DNA from: the human T2T-CHM13v2.0 reference genome, Homo sapiens
Strand: one strand, 5' to 3'
DNA: 64,000 nucleotides
Assembly (NCBI RefSeq): GCF_009914755.1
Contig: NC_060929.1
Part shown: positions 12,481-27,935 of the stretch, piece by piece
How positions within the stretch are numbered: the first letter of the stretch is position 1
Layout of the letters: each line of letters starts with the position of its first letter
Notes under the pieces: model-generated
Database searches by the model: none
Told to the model about the DNA's origin: nothing
What the model saw: only the letters and a program-made list of their open reading frames with translations
Made by a program: the position numbers and the translations under genes

Positions 12481-15400
12481 TCTTGCTTCTCAAGAAATCC
12501 CCTGGCTTGTAGTGGAAAGAATCCCAGAACCCCAGCCATATGGCAGGAAATGTGTTCAGCGCGGACTTCTCAGGCGCTCAGGTTTGCGTTCAGGCCCTCC
12601 CAGTTTGCAGTCCTCTCTGGGGATTCTTTCTGGCACTTATCTGACAACCACATTTCATAGGATGGAGAGGGTATTTGGAAGAGATGTCAGCCTTAGAAAT
12701 TTAATCAGCTGGGCCAAAAGCAATCAAGATGCCATCTGGACAGGCTCTGACTTCCTGCCCAGAAGATAAAGACATCTGGACTTAAATGCCAAGGACATGC
12801 TGACTTGGTCCCCAGGCCCATGGGCCACTCCTCACTTCATGCAGATGTATTTTCTTAATTGCACAGAATCTACGGGCTCTGAGCTACTGCCGGGACCACT
12901 GAGTGCCTATTGCTGTTGACCACCAAAGTAAACACTGCAAGCTGTAGTGACTTTCCAGTGCTAAGGAGATGGAGTGACTGCAAAGGCCACAGTAAATAGG
13001 ACTCTTTAATGACAGGGCAGGAGGAGGCTGCCCCAGGCCCAATTTATTGCTGATACAGAGTCTCTGAATTAGGGCACATGATGACTGCTGATCGTTAAGT
13101 AGGGCTGTGAGGAAATGTTTGTACATATGAAGAAGCTAATTAAGGTGGCTTGCCAGATCTGCATACTCAATCTCTGCTTATTGAGGCTTCTTCCTCCTGT
13201 GAGGGAGGCTCTCCCCAATCACATAAGATCTCCAGCAGTCATCCTGCATGTGAGTGCCCTGGGTAGAATATGAAGGGGCTCGGGGACGAGCTTGGGAACT
13301 AGAAGTAAATGGTTAAGATTCGGCAGAGGGTTTTTATTGTGGCAATATCTGAACATTTGCACATATTTTCTAAACATCTTTCTAGAGATGACTTGAGTCT
13401 CACATACGTGTTTCTATTTTAAAGCAGAGTTTGGATCCTTCCAATAAGTGCCCAAAGCCACCAAATTTGGTATAGCTGGGACTAAAATGCTTTGCTTTTC
13501 CCCAATAACTTCCCCAGAGAAAAGTGCTACTTGCTCTAAGTAGACTCGTGAGATTTCCATTTTATAAATAACACTGATCAAAACTATTGTAAATAGTTCT
13601 CTTTCAGCTCCTGCATGGCTGGAACATATGTAAGATTTTTAGGTTTTTGAGATTTGCTAGTTTGGGGCAATTTACATTTGGGAGTTTTAATTTCAAAATA
13701 ATAAAAAATACCGAGTGTTTCCCAAGTTTTCGATTCTAGCCTAAGATCTGGAAACAACTATAATTTCTGACTTAAGAACAAAACCAAACCAGCCCCAGTC
13801 GCAGAAATCTATCACTTTATTATGTGGAGATTGATGGGGAGTTGGTCAAAACCTTGCTCAATCCCTGTGACCTCCGTGCTCAGGAAAACACATCTTCATT
13901 ATTTTTCTTTGATTTTTATAGGTTGCATTTGTTTCTTTGCCTGTCATTCATTTCACTTCGATTGCATTTTCTTTCTGAAAGTCTTTTTCCTGTAAGGCCA
14001 GTTTGGTCAGCATTCAGTTCTTGCTTTAATTGGGCCTCTTTAAGCTTTCATCCCCTCAGATTTTTATATTCGTTTTTATTGTTGAACCTCACTTTAAGCT
14101 GTGGCTTTTCATTGTCATACCTTCCCATTTGTTCCTTATTCACCAGAACTTTGTTTCTGTGGGATCATCATCTTTCTTGGTCTGTGGAAGGCCCAGGTAG
14201 CACCCATTTGTTTTCTTCCCTCGGTGTCTCGTTGGGGCCCACTCATCTGAGTCCTTGGGGTTGCTCAGATGCCTGATCATCTCAGCAGCCAGCACCATCA
14301 AAGAGGAAACCTGCCTGAGATCCCGGCTCTGAGCTTCTTCCAGTTCAGGGTCTGGGACCTAGTGTCCAGCTGAGGCACCGTGGGATGTGTTTGTAGGAGG
14401 TAAGTCAGGGAGTGGTGGGCTCCAGCCCCCTGAGATGTGACATGCCCCACAGCCCTGACATTGGCCAATGTGGTAGGCAGTTCACCTCTGAGGTAGGGCA
14501 AATCTAGCTTTTTGACTTTTTCCCCAAATGAGATGCAAGATATGGAGCCTATGGAGAAGAAAATAAGAAGCTAAGAACTGGTGTGTCTTGGGTTTTCAAC
14601 CAGAGAAAAAATCCAGTTTATATGGCAGAATAAGCATATACCATGATCAGACCAGCCATAAACAGACATCAAGGTAGCGAAAAAGTCCTTACAGAGAGAT
14701 GCCATCAGCAATGGCCAAGTATGGTGATATTCTAACATTCTAGTTTCAAATTCTAGCATAGTTTTTCTCGTTGGAACATAACTACTGTAGTTCCTGTTGC
14801 AGTCTATAATTAATGAACAAACAAACAAAAAAAGAAGTAAAAAGAGGAAATTGTAAAATTTCTGTTCCCACCTTCTAAATATAGTTTAATTTGCTTTAAA
14901 CAAATCTACCATAACACTTTTAATTTGTAGAACTGATAAACATTAATTTATCAAAGGACTTATATTATTTGTGACTGTGCTCACAGACTAGAGTTCCTTG
15001 TAGAATTTCTTTCAACTGTAACAAACCTGGTGCAAGTTTTTTGATGACTTGATTTTTAAAAATTTAACTACACATATCTTGGCTGTATAAAGCGAGGCTG
15101 ACTTGTAACTTTGAAACATGCACATTAAATAGTCAAGAGTCAATAAAGAAACTGAACAAATGACAAAAAATGTTTGCTTCAGGTGAGTCAGTCATGACAA
15201 AACTACTCTCAGAATTGATTTGGAGATAGCCTAGGCTGTGGTTTTTCAGAGAAACCTGTACAGCTGGGTGGGGCACTGCGGTTTGCTAGTTTCTGGAGAG
15301 GTCAAAATGTGAAGTCAAAATGGTGTGCTGATACGGGAAATGACTGAGCTCCATTGCAATTCAGACCTATGACAAGCGGTTAAGGCACCTGCTATCCCCA

Positions 15401-15714
15401 GGCCTCAAGCTCTGTGTGGGTGCAGTGGAGCTGGATTCTTGAAGAGCTGGTTGTTTTCCAGGGCAGGAGATGGCCTGCTCCCAATCCAGAATTCTAACAA
15501 GAAAATAGCCTGGCCATGGCCCACACTTCCCAAATAGATGCACCTTTTTTTTTTTGGATTGTCATCTTTTAAAAAAAAATACATATACTTTCATCAGCAG
15601 AATTGAATTTGGAAGGTTGCTGATGTTTTTTAAATTAATAGAATATGAAGCATTTACCATTTTCATAAGAAAGCTCATTAAAATTTACCTTTTATCCCCC
15701 TCTTGTCTGAGAAA

Positions 15715-15910
15715 TGAGTATCTAGCACATAGTGCTTACTATTGCCAGGTACTGTTCTAAGTATTTTAGAGATGCAAACTAATGTAATCCTATGCCTAGA
15801 CTCTGAGTAGTCTTTTCTAGGCAAAGAAACACAAGGAAGCTAAGTAAATTGCCCAAGGTCATTCACTGTATGGATGGGTTGGGGCTTGAACCTAGGGAGT
15901 CTGGCCCCAG
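15715..15910 (-). mobile_element. MIR
   Basis: GTGCTTACTATTGCCAGGTACTGTTCTAAG...TTGCCCAAGGTCA...GAACCTAGG. Confidence 0.7.
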
Positions 15911-16221
15911 AGATCAAACAAGAGAAAGAAGGCATCAGGGAAGCCCGAAGAAGGGAAAAAAAACCCACCAAAACAACCAGTTTTGCCCAATGCTTTGAAG
16001 AAAACTTTGAATCCTGTCTCCTTCCTTGCCCATGAAAAATGTCCATTTAGTCATAGTCGGAGTCAAGGGCAGAGCGAGGTGGGAGAGTGCCAGCCCGATG
16101 CTCTGTGACCCCATCCCAGCCTCGTCCCCTAGGCTTTCTCTTAGGCAGTGCTCTCCCAGCCTCTGTCATCTCCTTAAACATGGGTCTCCTTGCCTGGGCG
16201 AACCCTGCACATCCTTCTGAG

Positions 16222-17296
16222 CAGCACTGCCCAGTAGAAATGGGAGCCACATATGCAACTGTAAGTTTTCTAGTAGCCCACCTTAGAAAGAAAAAAAAAA
16301 CCACGAAACAAATCTGTCATTGCTTTCTTCTTCCACATTTTGCTTTTTAAACTTCTGTTTTAAGTTTTTTACTTTAAAAAAATTCCCAAAAAGGAGACAG
16401 AAAACAGCTCCTGGAAGAATTTACAACCAACTGCATCGGGGTCTGGGAAACTGGACCAGGGTGGGGATGAGTGGATGGGAAGGGGTCCCCTTTAGTCACT
16501 GCGGCCTCACTGGAAGACCAAGGGAGCAGGGATTCTTCAGTCAAAAGGGAGGCAGGGAAGAGAAGTGGGAGGAGGTGGGAGTTGGGTGGTTGGAGGAGAT
16601 GAACAGAAAATAAAATGTCGTTGTCTGGTTAAATCCAGAGAAAAATACCTGGCCCTGTAAGGAGGGAGGATGCCCTTCCAAGGGGATGGAAGGGGTCTGG
16701 AGGGAAGCAGGGTAGGGAGGCCACCCTGAGACCCTGGGCAGGCCCTGGTGGAGGAAGCGGGCAGGGGCCTCCGGGACTGTGGGACACACTAGCTATTGTG
16801 TTCTTGTGCCATCACCCTGTGTGTTCCCGGAGCAGCTCCTTGCTTCATTTTGCTTTCTCTTAATAAATGACATGGCAGTCCTCCCTGCCCCAAAGTGAAA
16901 AATTAATTAATTTCAGGAATATATTTTATTTAACTCAATATATCAAAATATTATTGCAATCATATAAAATCAATGTAACTGATGTGAAATATTAATGAGA
17001 TGTTCACCTTCTAACTTTATACTATGTCTTCAAAATCCAGGGCTTGTTTTACATTTCCAGCACATCTCAATTTTGGCCCTATATTTTCATTGGAAATATT
17101 TGATCCGTATTTAGATTTCATAAAATTCATAGCCAAAAAACTAGATTGACATAACCAAGTTGTTCCAGGCACACTTAAAAGTTTTTCAACCACTGAATCG
17201 AGTAATAATGTTTAATGTTTAAACAAGTTAAAATGAAATAAAATTCAATATTCAGTTTCTCAGTCTACATTTCAAGTGCTCAAGAGGCACATATGA
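16222..17296 (+). mobile_element. hAT-Charlie (MER33/Charlie5-type) DNA transposon split by a ~600-bp insert
   Basis: Left end CAGCACTGCCCAGTAGAAAT..GAGCCACATATG..TTTTCTAGTAGCCC (16222-16290); consensus resumes at ~16892 and runs to ACATTTCAAGTGCTC. Confidence 0.72.
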
Positions 17297-17509
17297 ACTG
17301 GAGAGAAATGAAACCAAAAAAACACAGGCTAGTGAGTTCAGATTAAACAGCCACCTGAAATCATCATTGACTGATTACTCTTCTTGCTGGCTACCTCGGC
17401 ACAGCAAACTGCAGGCAGGCCTGGAAGCTTGGGTTTTTGGCATGGAGTGTTGTCAGGTTCATTCCTACACGGTAGGCAGTGGCAGGAGTTATTTTGCAAA
17501 TGTTAACCC

Positions 17510-17524
17510 TGCCACCTAGTGACC
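17510..17524 (-). promoter_or_regulatory. CTCF motif (reverse)
   Basis: Reverse complement GGTCACTAGGTGGCA, close to the CTCF core; binding not shown. Confidence 0.55.
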
Positions 17525-18294
17525 ACTTTCTGAATGTCACTTGAAGATTACCACCTGAAAATTCGTGTTGACCTCAGTCTTGCCGCCCTTCCAGACTTTC
17601 TCCTGCTTGGAGGCCCCATGTGGCACGGTGCTGCTGATGTGTCATAACTGTTTTGGGGCTGCGTTAGCGATCCCTGGAGGATATGGACTGAGCTGTATCT
17701 CCCTTTGTTTTCCCACAACAGTAAGGTGCTTGGAGATTAAGGAGCACGTCTCAGGAGCATCCTATGTGCCGAGGAGATGGCTTCTGTCTCCCCAAGGGTT
17801 AGAGTTCCCAATTTCTCTTGTGTGACTCAATTGTAGCACCTGAATCTTCTGTTTGTTAATATGTGTCCCTCCTCCATTGAACTGCGAAATCTGTGAGGTC
17901 AGGGACAATGTCTTTCTTATGTTTGAGCCCCATCCCCTAGTTTGGTATCTGTCTGACAACTGTCAGGGGAATGAATGGCCGGATGGCATGGCTATAAACT
18001 CCCAGTCTGCCCGGCATTCTTGCCATAGTTCTCCAGATGGGGCATCTTCCCTTTTCCACTCTCAGGATGAACTGTGTCATCTTTACGTTTCTTCACCCCT
18101 TAGCCTCCCCCTTCTTCCATACATGTTCAGCACATGCTTAGTATATGACCTTGCCTTGAATTTTGGAAATAGAAAGCTGAAGTTAGGAATTCCTTAATTT
18201 ACACCCACCAAACCTTCAAACCTACCTCTCCATGTGCCAGCACATGCACCTGGATGCCCTGCCACACCTTCCAAGTGTGCTCTGAATCCCCGGA

Positions 18295-18750
<456 letters not shown>

Positions 18751-19363
18751 CTCTGAATCCTCTGTTTCTGCCTTCTCAGGCTTCAGCAGGTAGCCCCACT
18801 CTTACCTGCATTTCCAACCATTTCTGTTTTTGGGTCATTTTCCAAATCATATGGAATTGCCCTAAACTCTGCCATATGAAAATAAGAATTAAAAAAAGCT
18901 TTCCTGGATCCAATATTCATAGCAACTATCTGCTTTCTTTATGCACTTTCCAAGCCAAACTTCAAGAATAAGTCACCCACACAGGCTGTTTCTGCTTCCT
19001 CCTCATCGTTTTCATAAAATGTACTCCAGATTGGATTCTGTTCCAGGGATGATCACCCTGTCATTCAAAACGACTCACCTCCCTTGGCCTCCAAGACCCC
19101 ATGTTCTCCTAGTTTCTTTCTCAGGCTACCTTTCCACCTGATCTCCCAATGTTGAGAGTTCCTCAGGACACGTGCTTGGCTGTCTTTCTTTCTTACTTCA
19201 CTTCCCACAGCTTTTCAGTCCCTGGGACTTTGGAACTTCAAGCCTGTGCTCAGACCATTCTGTCAGTCTCATACCTGCATATCCAAATCCCTATTCGGCC
19301 TTCCTTTCCAGAGGCGTGTGCTAGACATCTCAGATTTCATGTTCCAAATGGAACTTTAAAAAG

Positions 19364-19990
<627 letters not shown>

Positions 19991-20055
19991 CCCCAGATGG
20001 AATCTTGATACACCACCCCCCCACACTTAGACTCGTCTTGTATAATAGTTCCTAT

Positions 20056-20892
20056 TGTATTAATTTCCTATGGCTTCTGTAATAAATTACTAAAAATGAG
20101 CTGACTTAACCCAGCACACATTTATTTTCTCATAGTCCTGGAGGCCAGAAATCTAAAATCAATTCCTCTGGGTTGAAATCAAGGTGTTGGCAGGGCTGTA
20201 CTCCCTCTGGAGCCTTAGGGGTGAATGTGTTCCTTGTCTCTTACTGCTCCTGTTAGCTGCTGGCATTCTTTGCTGTATTAGTCAGGATTCTCCCAAGAAA
20301 CAGAACCAATAGGATCAAACTGTCTCTCTAGAGAAGACCAATGCTCCAGCTCATGCAGTCACGTAAGAGAAATTCCCTCTTACTTGGCCTTTTTCTTCAA
20401 CTCCAATCTTCAATTGATTGAATGAGGCCAGCCCACTTTGGCGAGGATAATATACTTTACTCAGTCTGTTCATTTAAATGTTAATCTCAACCAGAAACAC
20501 CTTCACAGTCACATTAAAAATAATGTTTGGTCAAATGTCTGGGCACTCCATGGCCCAGTCAAGTTGACACATAAAATTAATTGTCACACTTGGCTTGTGG
20601 TAGCATCACTCCAATCTTGGAGGCCAGCATCTTCAATTCTCTTTCTGCCCTGTCTTTACATAGCCTTCTCCTCTGTGTGTGTGTGTGTGTTTTAATCTCC
20701 TTCTGCCTCTTTTTTATAAGGATACAAGCGACTGCATTTAGGTTCCACCTAGATAATCCAAGATCATCTCCCCATCTCAAGATCCTCAATTACATCTACA
20801 AAGACTATTTTTTTTCCAAATAAGAGAATATTTACAGGTCCCAGGGATTAAGACATGAATTTCCTCGGAGGACCATTATTCAGCCTATTACA
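20056..20892 (-). mobile_element. MLT1-type LTR with a nested MLT2
   Basis: TGTATTAATTTCCTATGGCT...CTGGAGGCCAGAA.TC...ATTATTCAGCCTATTACA. Confidence 0.8.
20274..20588 (-). mobile_element. MLT2-type ERVL LTR, internally deleted
   Basis: TGTATTAGTCAGGATTCTCC.AGAAACAGAACCAATAGGA...GGCCCAGTCAAGTTGACACATAAAATTAA..TCACA. Confidence 0.82.
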
Positions 20893-21130
20893 TCAATTCA
20901 TACAACAGCAATTTTATCCGCCCAATGTCTTAAGCCAGAAATTTGGAACTCACATTTGTCATAAAATTCTCCTCAACACCATTTAATCCAGCCATAACTC
21001 CTATATTTTCTTTTAAAAAGTCTTTTTTTTTTCAAGATCACTAGGTTCTTATAAATAAATCTTAATTCTCCTCAGTAATTTCCCTCTCCTCTGCCACCAA
21101 CCTAACCCAAAACATAATATCTTTCCCATT

Positions 21131-21135
21131 CTTTT

Positions 21136-21166
<31 letters not shown>

Positions 21167-21445
21167 GAGACAGAGTCTTGCTCTGTCACCCAGGCTGGAC
21201 TGCGGTGGCCCGATCTTGGCTCACTGCAACCTCCACCTTCTGGGTTCAAGCGATTCTCTGCCTCACCCTCCCGAGTAGCTGGGATTACAGGTGCCCGCCA
21301 CCACACCCGGCTAATTATTGTATTTTTAGTAGAGACAGAGTTTCACCATCTTGGCCAGGCTGGTCTTGAACTCCTGACCTCGTGATCCACCTGCCTCGGC
21401 CTCCCAAAGTGCTGGGATTACAGGCTTGAGCCACTGCACCTGGCC
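21131..21445 (-). mobile_element. AluS (Sg/Sc-like)
   Basis: Full reverse dimer; TSD CCCATTCTT. Confidence 0.9.
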
Positions 21446-21717
21446 CCCATTCTTATTTTAATCGTTCATTTATGTCCATTGTAATTTTCTCTTTATTTGT
21501 GATGATGTTAAGTGTCTGTCTCTAGTCACTAGATTATTGGCATTGTGAAGGCAGGACCATACATGTTTTGTTCATCATTATATTTTAGGTCTCAGCATAG
21601 TGCTTAGTACAGAGTAGATGCTCAATAAATATTTAACATATATATTATATATATTAATAGATGGATGGCACCTTTTCCACCATGAGGAAGCTTCCAGTCT
21701 GGTAAAGGGACCATTAA

Positions 21718-22022
<305 letters not shown>

Positions 22023-22059
22023 TAAATATATTTTTTAAACCCTAAATTACTTTGTTGAT

Positions 22060-22925
22060 TTAAACTGTTCCTATTGAGAACCATCTATATGCCAGACATT
22101 GTATTAAGCTCACAGGATCCACTAATTAACACATAATATGAAATTCCTTGTTTTCACAGAGCTCTACCTTTTAGCTTGGGAGAAGACAGATAAAGGCATA
22201 ATAAATACATAATAAATGCATTTTATGTATGTATATGTGCTTAAATAAAACCTTAGAAAGGGAAAAGTGATGTGAGAAAAATAGAGCAGTTTAGAGAAGA
22301 GTTGTATACATTTGCAATTTTTAGATGATGCAGAGCTTTTTGAGAAGTTGAAATTTGAGAAAAGGCCTGAAGGAGCTGAGGAGGTGGGTGAGTCATGAAT
22401 GCATCTCGGGAAGGAGTTCCCCAGGCTGAGGGAGCTGCACCTGAGGAAACCCAGGAGGCAAAGGTGGTCCTGGTCAGGATGATGAGGAGGTCCGTGTGGC
22501 TGGAGCAGGTGAGCTAGGTGGAGAGAGGCCGTAGATGAGGGCAGAGCTGCTGCGGGACCAAACGTGTAAGGATCTTTTCGGGCAGTGAGAGGACGTTGGT
22601 TTCTCACAGCAGAGAAGGGACATCATCTGACATATTTTAAAAGTATCTCTCCGGCTCCCTTGTGGACTGTAAGGGACCAAGAGTTGAAACAGGCACCCAG
22701 GAGGAGTCCTTCCAGCAACTGAGGTGAGAGATGATGGTGGCTCGGACCAGGGTGACAGCAATGGAGGTGCTGAGAAATAATTAGATTTTGGATACATTTT
22801 GAAAACAGGGCCAATAGGAATTTCTGACAAATTGGATATGGAGGGGTGGGGGTTTGGGGGAAGAGAGAGAGAGAAGAGAGAGGTCAAGAATATCACCAAG
22901 GTTTTTGGCTCATGTAACTGAAAGC
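22060..22925 (-). mobile_element. L2 (L2a-like)
   Basis: GAGGTGAGAGATGATGGTGGCT.GGACCAGGGTG..TTTTGAA..AGAGGTCAAGAAT..CCAAGGTTTTTGGC. Confidence 0.8.
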
Positions 22926-25699
22926 TAGCCTAAATTCAGAGTTTTATCTGGAATTCTACCCCAAACATCTTAATTCCCTAAAGTCACTGGAATGGCTCAA
23001 CAGCGCTGAACTTTCCAGACAGCTGCATGGAGTTGTCATCCATCCTTCTCTGGAGAGTGTCTGATCCCTTCTCTAAACTTATGCCCTGCTCCTCTCCCCC
23101 ATCTGTGCACAGAGGACTTGGTCCGATTCTACCTCCGGAACAATGCTCAGCCCACAGCCCTCATTCCCTCCGTGATGAACAGTAACTGTGGACCTTTGAC
23201 CTTCCTCTTGAGCTTGGTCTGAGTCTTGGCATTTACAACCACGGCTCTAGGTAAGGACATGCTTTGGGGTGTCTTTCTGGCCCTTGCCTTTGCGTTTGCG
23301 CATAGGGCTCTAGTGGCCCAATTATGTTGTTGCAGTAAAGTTTCTCCTTGCTCTGGTCTGGAGCAGTTGAGGTCATTCAGCCCCTGGATCTCTGTTGGCA
23401 CAGGTGGCTTGGCCGAGTGCCACTTTAGGTAACTGTGACCTGTTTACTCAACTTCTTCCTGGAGTTTTGATATTCTTGTTGTCAGGGCCTTTGAGAAAGT
23501 TTATACGATGGGCTCAGTGAAGAAGCCGCAGCTGTTCTGAAATTAGGCTCCTTTCCCCGTGAATGTGCAGCTATGCGGGTGTGTGGATCAGGTGCACAGG
23601 GCTTTGAGGAATGTGGCGGAGACTCAGTGGCAAGAACAGTTGTCTGTGATTGCTGGGCCTTGTTTTGACCCAGTCCCTCACCCCACATAAGCCTCTCAGC
23701 GAGGAACATGGAAGGGTCAGGCCTCTCACGTTTCCTCCCCTGTGAGATTGGATCGCCACTGTGATGGCATTTCTCCCCATCTTCAGTTGCTGGGCAGACC
23801 CTGCGTGTGTGCGCACATGTCCATGAGCCCACAACCCTTGCATATTTGCAACGAAAGTCTCTGGGGAGAATGAATTTAAATGGACTCTTGACTATTTGTT
23901 CTGGAGCGGCACGTGTTTACTTAAGTCACCAGCCTCCTTCCTAAATGCAGTCACGAGCTCTCCCAAACTCCACAGACACCCAAACAACCAAATATTCAGA
24001 GAGCCGTGCCCTTGCCCTGCTTCAGCCCCACAGCCCCGCCTGGGTTGCTGGTCTGACCCGGCTGGGCAGGGTGGCTGTGAGCTGCCGGTGTGGCCCCAGG
24101 CACGTCAAAGGGTCCTCGGTGTTCAACAACAGGAAGTGCTGGCAGGCTTCCCTCGCTAGGGAACTGAAAGTGGTGACAACAGAGGATGTGTTCTTCAGGC
24201 TATCAGATAAAGCCCTCTGCACTGAGAACTGCTTCTGACGAGGAACAGAGACTTCACTGGTCTCTTCCCCATGCCTTGCCCTTGCCCTAACTAACTTCTG
24301 AATTTATATCACCTGTGAGTTCTGCTCTAATTCAGGGACTTGGGCGGAGAGGTTTCGGACAGTGGCCAAAAGCAAGAGACTGTCTGCATGACCCTTTAGA
24401 AACACCCGTGACCTGGTGCAGAGCTGAGCCAGCTTTGGCCACACTGTTTGGGATGCTGACTCAACGCACCTCATTATATCTGATTGAATTTATCTTTCAT
24501 TACTATGCAATCAAATTAAAGGGCAAGAAGGGATTTTTCTCTGTTTTCTGAAAGTGGTTGCAGCAAAACCCACTATGAAGCATTTATTTCTTGTATTGTT
24601 TAGACTGGGCAGAATCAGAGGGAGGTAGGTGTGTGACTTCATTTAGGAGAAGGTGAGCACTGATGGCAATATTTTCTTCAAATGCCACACATGAAGTGGG
24701 AGAGGTGACAGCCAAGCCTGCAGGGACTCTGTCTCTGAAAATGTGAGTGGAACAAAGCACCTCTGGGCTCTGGATCATTTTCTTGTGTGCTCCTGGGGTC
24801 TAGTTGGTTTAAACTCTTGAAGGCTGCAGTGTGTTTTTTGATATACCCCCATGTGAAGGGACATTTATTTAGCATAAACTATGGGCTGGGCACTGTTCTA
24901 AGGGCTTTGCATGTATTCACTTAGATTTACAAATTACTGAATATTGTTAAGAACAAAACCTAAGGAGCACAGGAGTGTGCACGGTGTTCTTTTGTTCCTA
25001 TAAAAACAGCAATCATTCCATTGCAAGTGAGGGAAAAGTGGAAGGGTACCCAAGAAAATGGTAGAGTGATTGTCTTTGAGGAGATGAACTCAGGGACTGT
25101 GGTGTGGGGAGGGAGACTTTTCATTGAATACACACTCTGCTCTGTTTGAATTATGTTTGACCATGTGGGATGCATCCTTGTTTCAGTATAAAAACACTGC
25201 ATTTATTTTTAAAGGGAACAAAATGAAAATTTTATAGGCCAAGGCAATGTTGTGGGTCAGATCCTGGGGGCTGAATCCTGGAGTAGGGCAAGTCCAAGGC
25301 AATACTGTGTGTAGAATGGTGGGATGGGAGGGGGAACTTTGAGAACTATTTTTCTTCAGACAAAAAGACACAAAAGAGCTTGCTATCCTGGTGACGAAGA
25401 AATAGTTCTAATCTCAAACTGGAAGCTAGAAATTTAGGAAGGAGAACTCAAAATAGTAGTAAAGTCCACTTGATATGAACCAGTGTCAAGGTAAAACGAG
25501 AAATGTGAGCCCACCCCTGTAACTCACCCGCTATGTATGTGTTGTTCTAATTCCAAGATTTCCTCACTATGCAAGTCAGGCAGGCCTCACTTTCCCATCC
25601 TACCAGACTCAGACCCAGCTGATGAAAACCTACAATGTGCCTATTACACATACAGTCAGAACACTGGCCCAGTCGTCTGGTCCTCAAGTATATGTATTA

Positions 25700-26860
25700 T
25701 AGATGGAGGTTACTGAGCTAGGGTTGTGTGGAAGCCAAGACAGATGGGACTCAAAGCCTGCCACTCCTGGAAACCACTCTCTATAAGGATAACACATGCA
25801 TCAGAAACTCTAATGGAGAACTGACGGTGATTAGGACCACCAGAGGAATAGGTAGAGGGGAATAGGGTTTCAGAGAAGAGGAGGATTACATTAATCAAGA
25901 AGCAATTGAGACATTCAAAAAGGGTTTTGCTTGCCATTGGAATTTTGGTAGAGGGAAGGAAGGATATTTCATGCAGAGAGAGTGGCTTAAGCAGGGAGAG
26001 CCAGGTGTGTTTAGGGCACAGGTAGAGAAGTGGTTGAAATGCATTGGAAAGGGAGTGGAGGGAGAGCAGCCTGGAAAGATAGGGAAGGGTAAGCTCACAG
26101 GGGGTCTTGAGGTTATACATTCTGTATAAGCAATGGGAAGTCATTTCATTGTTCCAAGCAGAGGAGTGACAGGACTTGAGTTGCGGTGCAGCAGAGGGGA
26201 AGAGGTAAGAATGAGGGTTTGGGAAATGGATATGGACGCTTTGGAATTCACGGTCCAGCTGAGAGCTAGTGAGAGTAGAAGCAGAAGGAAGGAAAAGAAG
26301 CCATTAATGACAGATTTTTCAAAAAGAAGAAAAGAGAAATGAAAATTCATTGGGTGTCAGAATAGAGGGAGCAAGGGGTGAAGTTTTGCACCTGGTTTAT
26401 CAGGAAGAAAGGGCTGGAATAAGCAAGTTTGGAGGCAATGGTGCCAAGGAAGGTGATGAGTTAGCACAGGGATTTTGGGGGTCTTGCACACAACACAGAA
26501 AAGTCTGAGACTGGAGCTGAGCAGAGGAGCTAGATATATTTTTGGGAGTGACCTCTGTAGTTGAAACAGTCCAAGCCCAAAGAATAGATGATCTTTGCAA
26601 TTAAAGATTTTTGAAAGGGGAAAAAAGAACATGATCTGGCAAGGTAAGCCAAAGAAAGAGGAGACAAGACAGAATAAGAAGTGGAAGGTGGAGTCATGGA
26701 ATCATCATAGTTCTGGCAGTGCAACACAGGAGTTTGTGATAACACTTGCTACATGCACAGAAGTTTGAGGAGGATGAGATGAGAAAGGCCACTGTTTAAG
26801 GCAGCTCAGAGGTCACTGGTGACCTTTAAGAGAACTGTTTTTGGAGAGCATTGGGTGAAG
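25700..26860 (-). mobile_element. Degraded L2 fragments
   Basis: Purine-rich L2-like motifs (AATGGGAAGTCA.., AGAGGTCACTGGTGACCTT); boundaries approximate. Confidence 0.5.
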
Positions 26861-27131
26861 GAAACAAAAGGTTTAAAGCATAGTTTGCAAATTTCAGCAC
26901 CATAGGTTGAATTTGACAAGAAGTATTTTATTTGATCCTCAACACTTAAAACATCAAATAAATTTATAACATTTAAAAATTGGTAGCTTTCACATAAAAA
27001 TTCATAATTCCAAACACGCGTGATCTGGTCCCTCAGATCGCATGGGTTTGGAATATGGGCTCTCATTCCTCTGTAGCTGGAGCTCTTCTAGCAGAGGCAT
27101 GGGTTGGGGAGGTAAGTGGAGTTGCCCCCTC

Positions 27132-27935
<804 letters not shown>

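Noticed and set aside
13824-14276. 150-aa hydrophobic ORF
   Set aside because: GTG start, composition explained by T-rich DNA, no recognisable domain.
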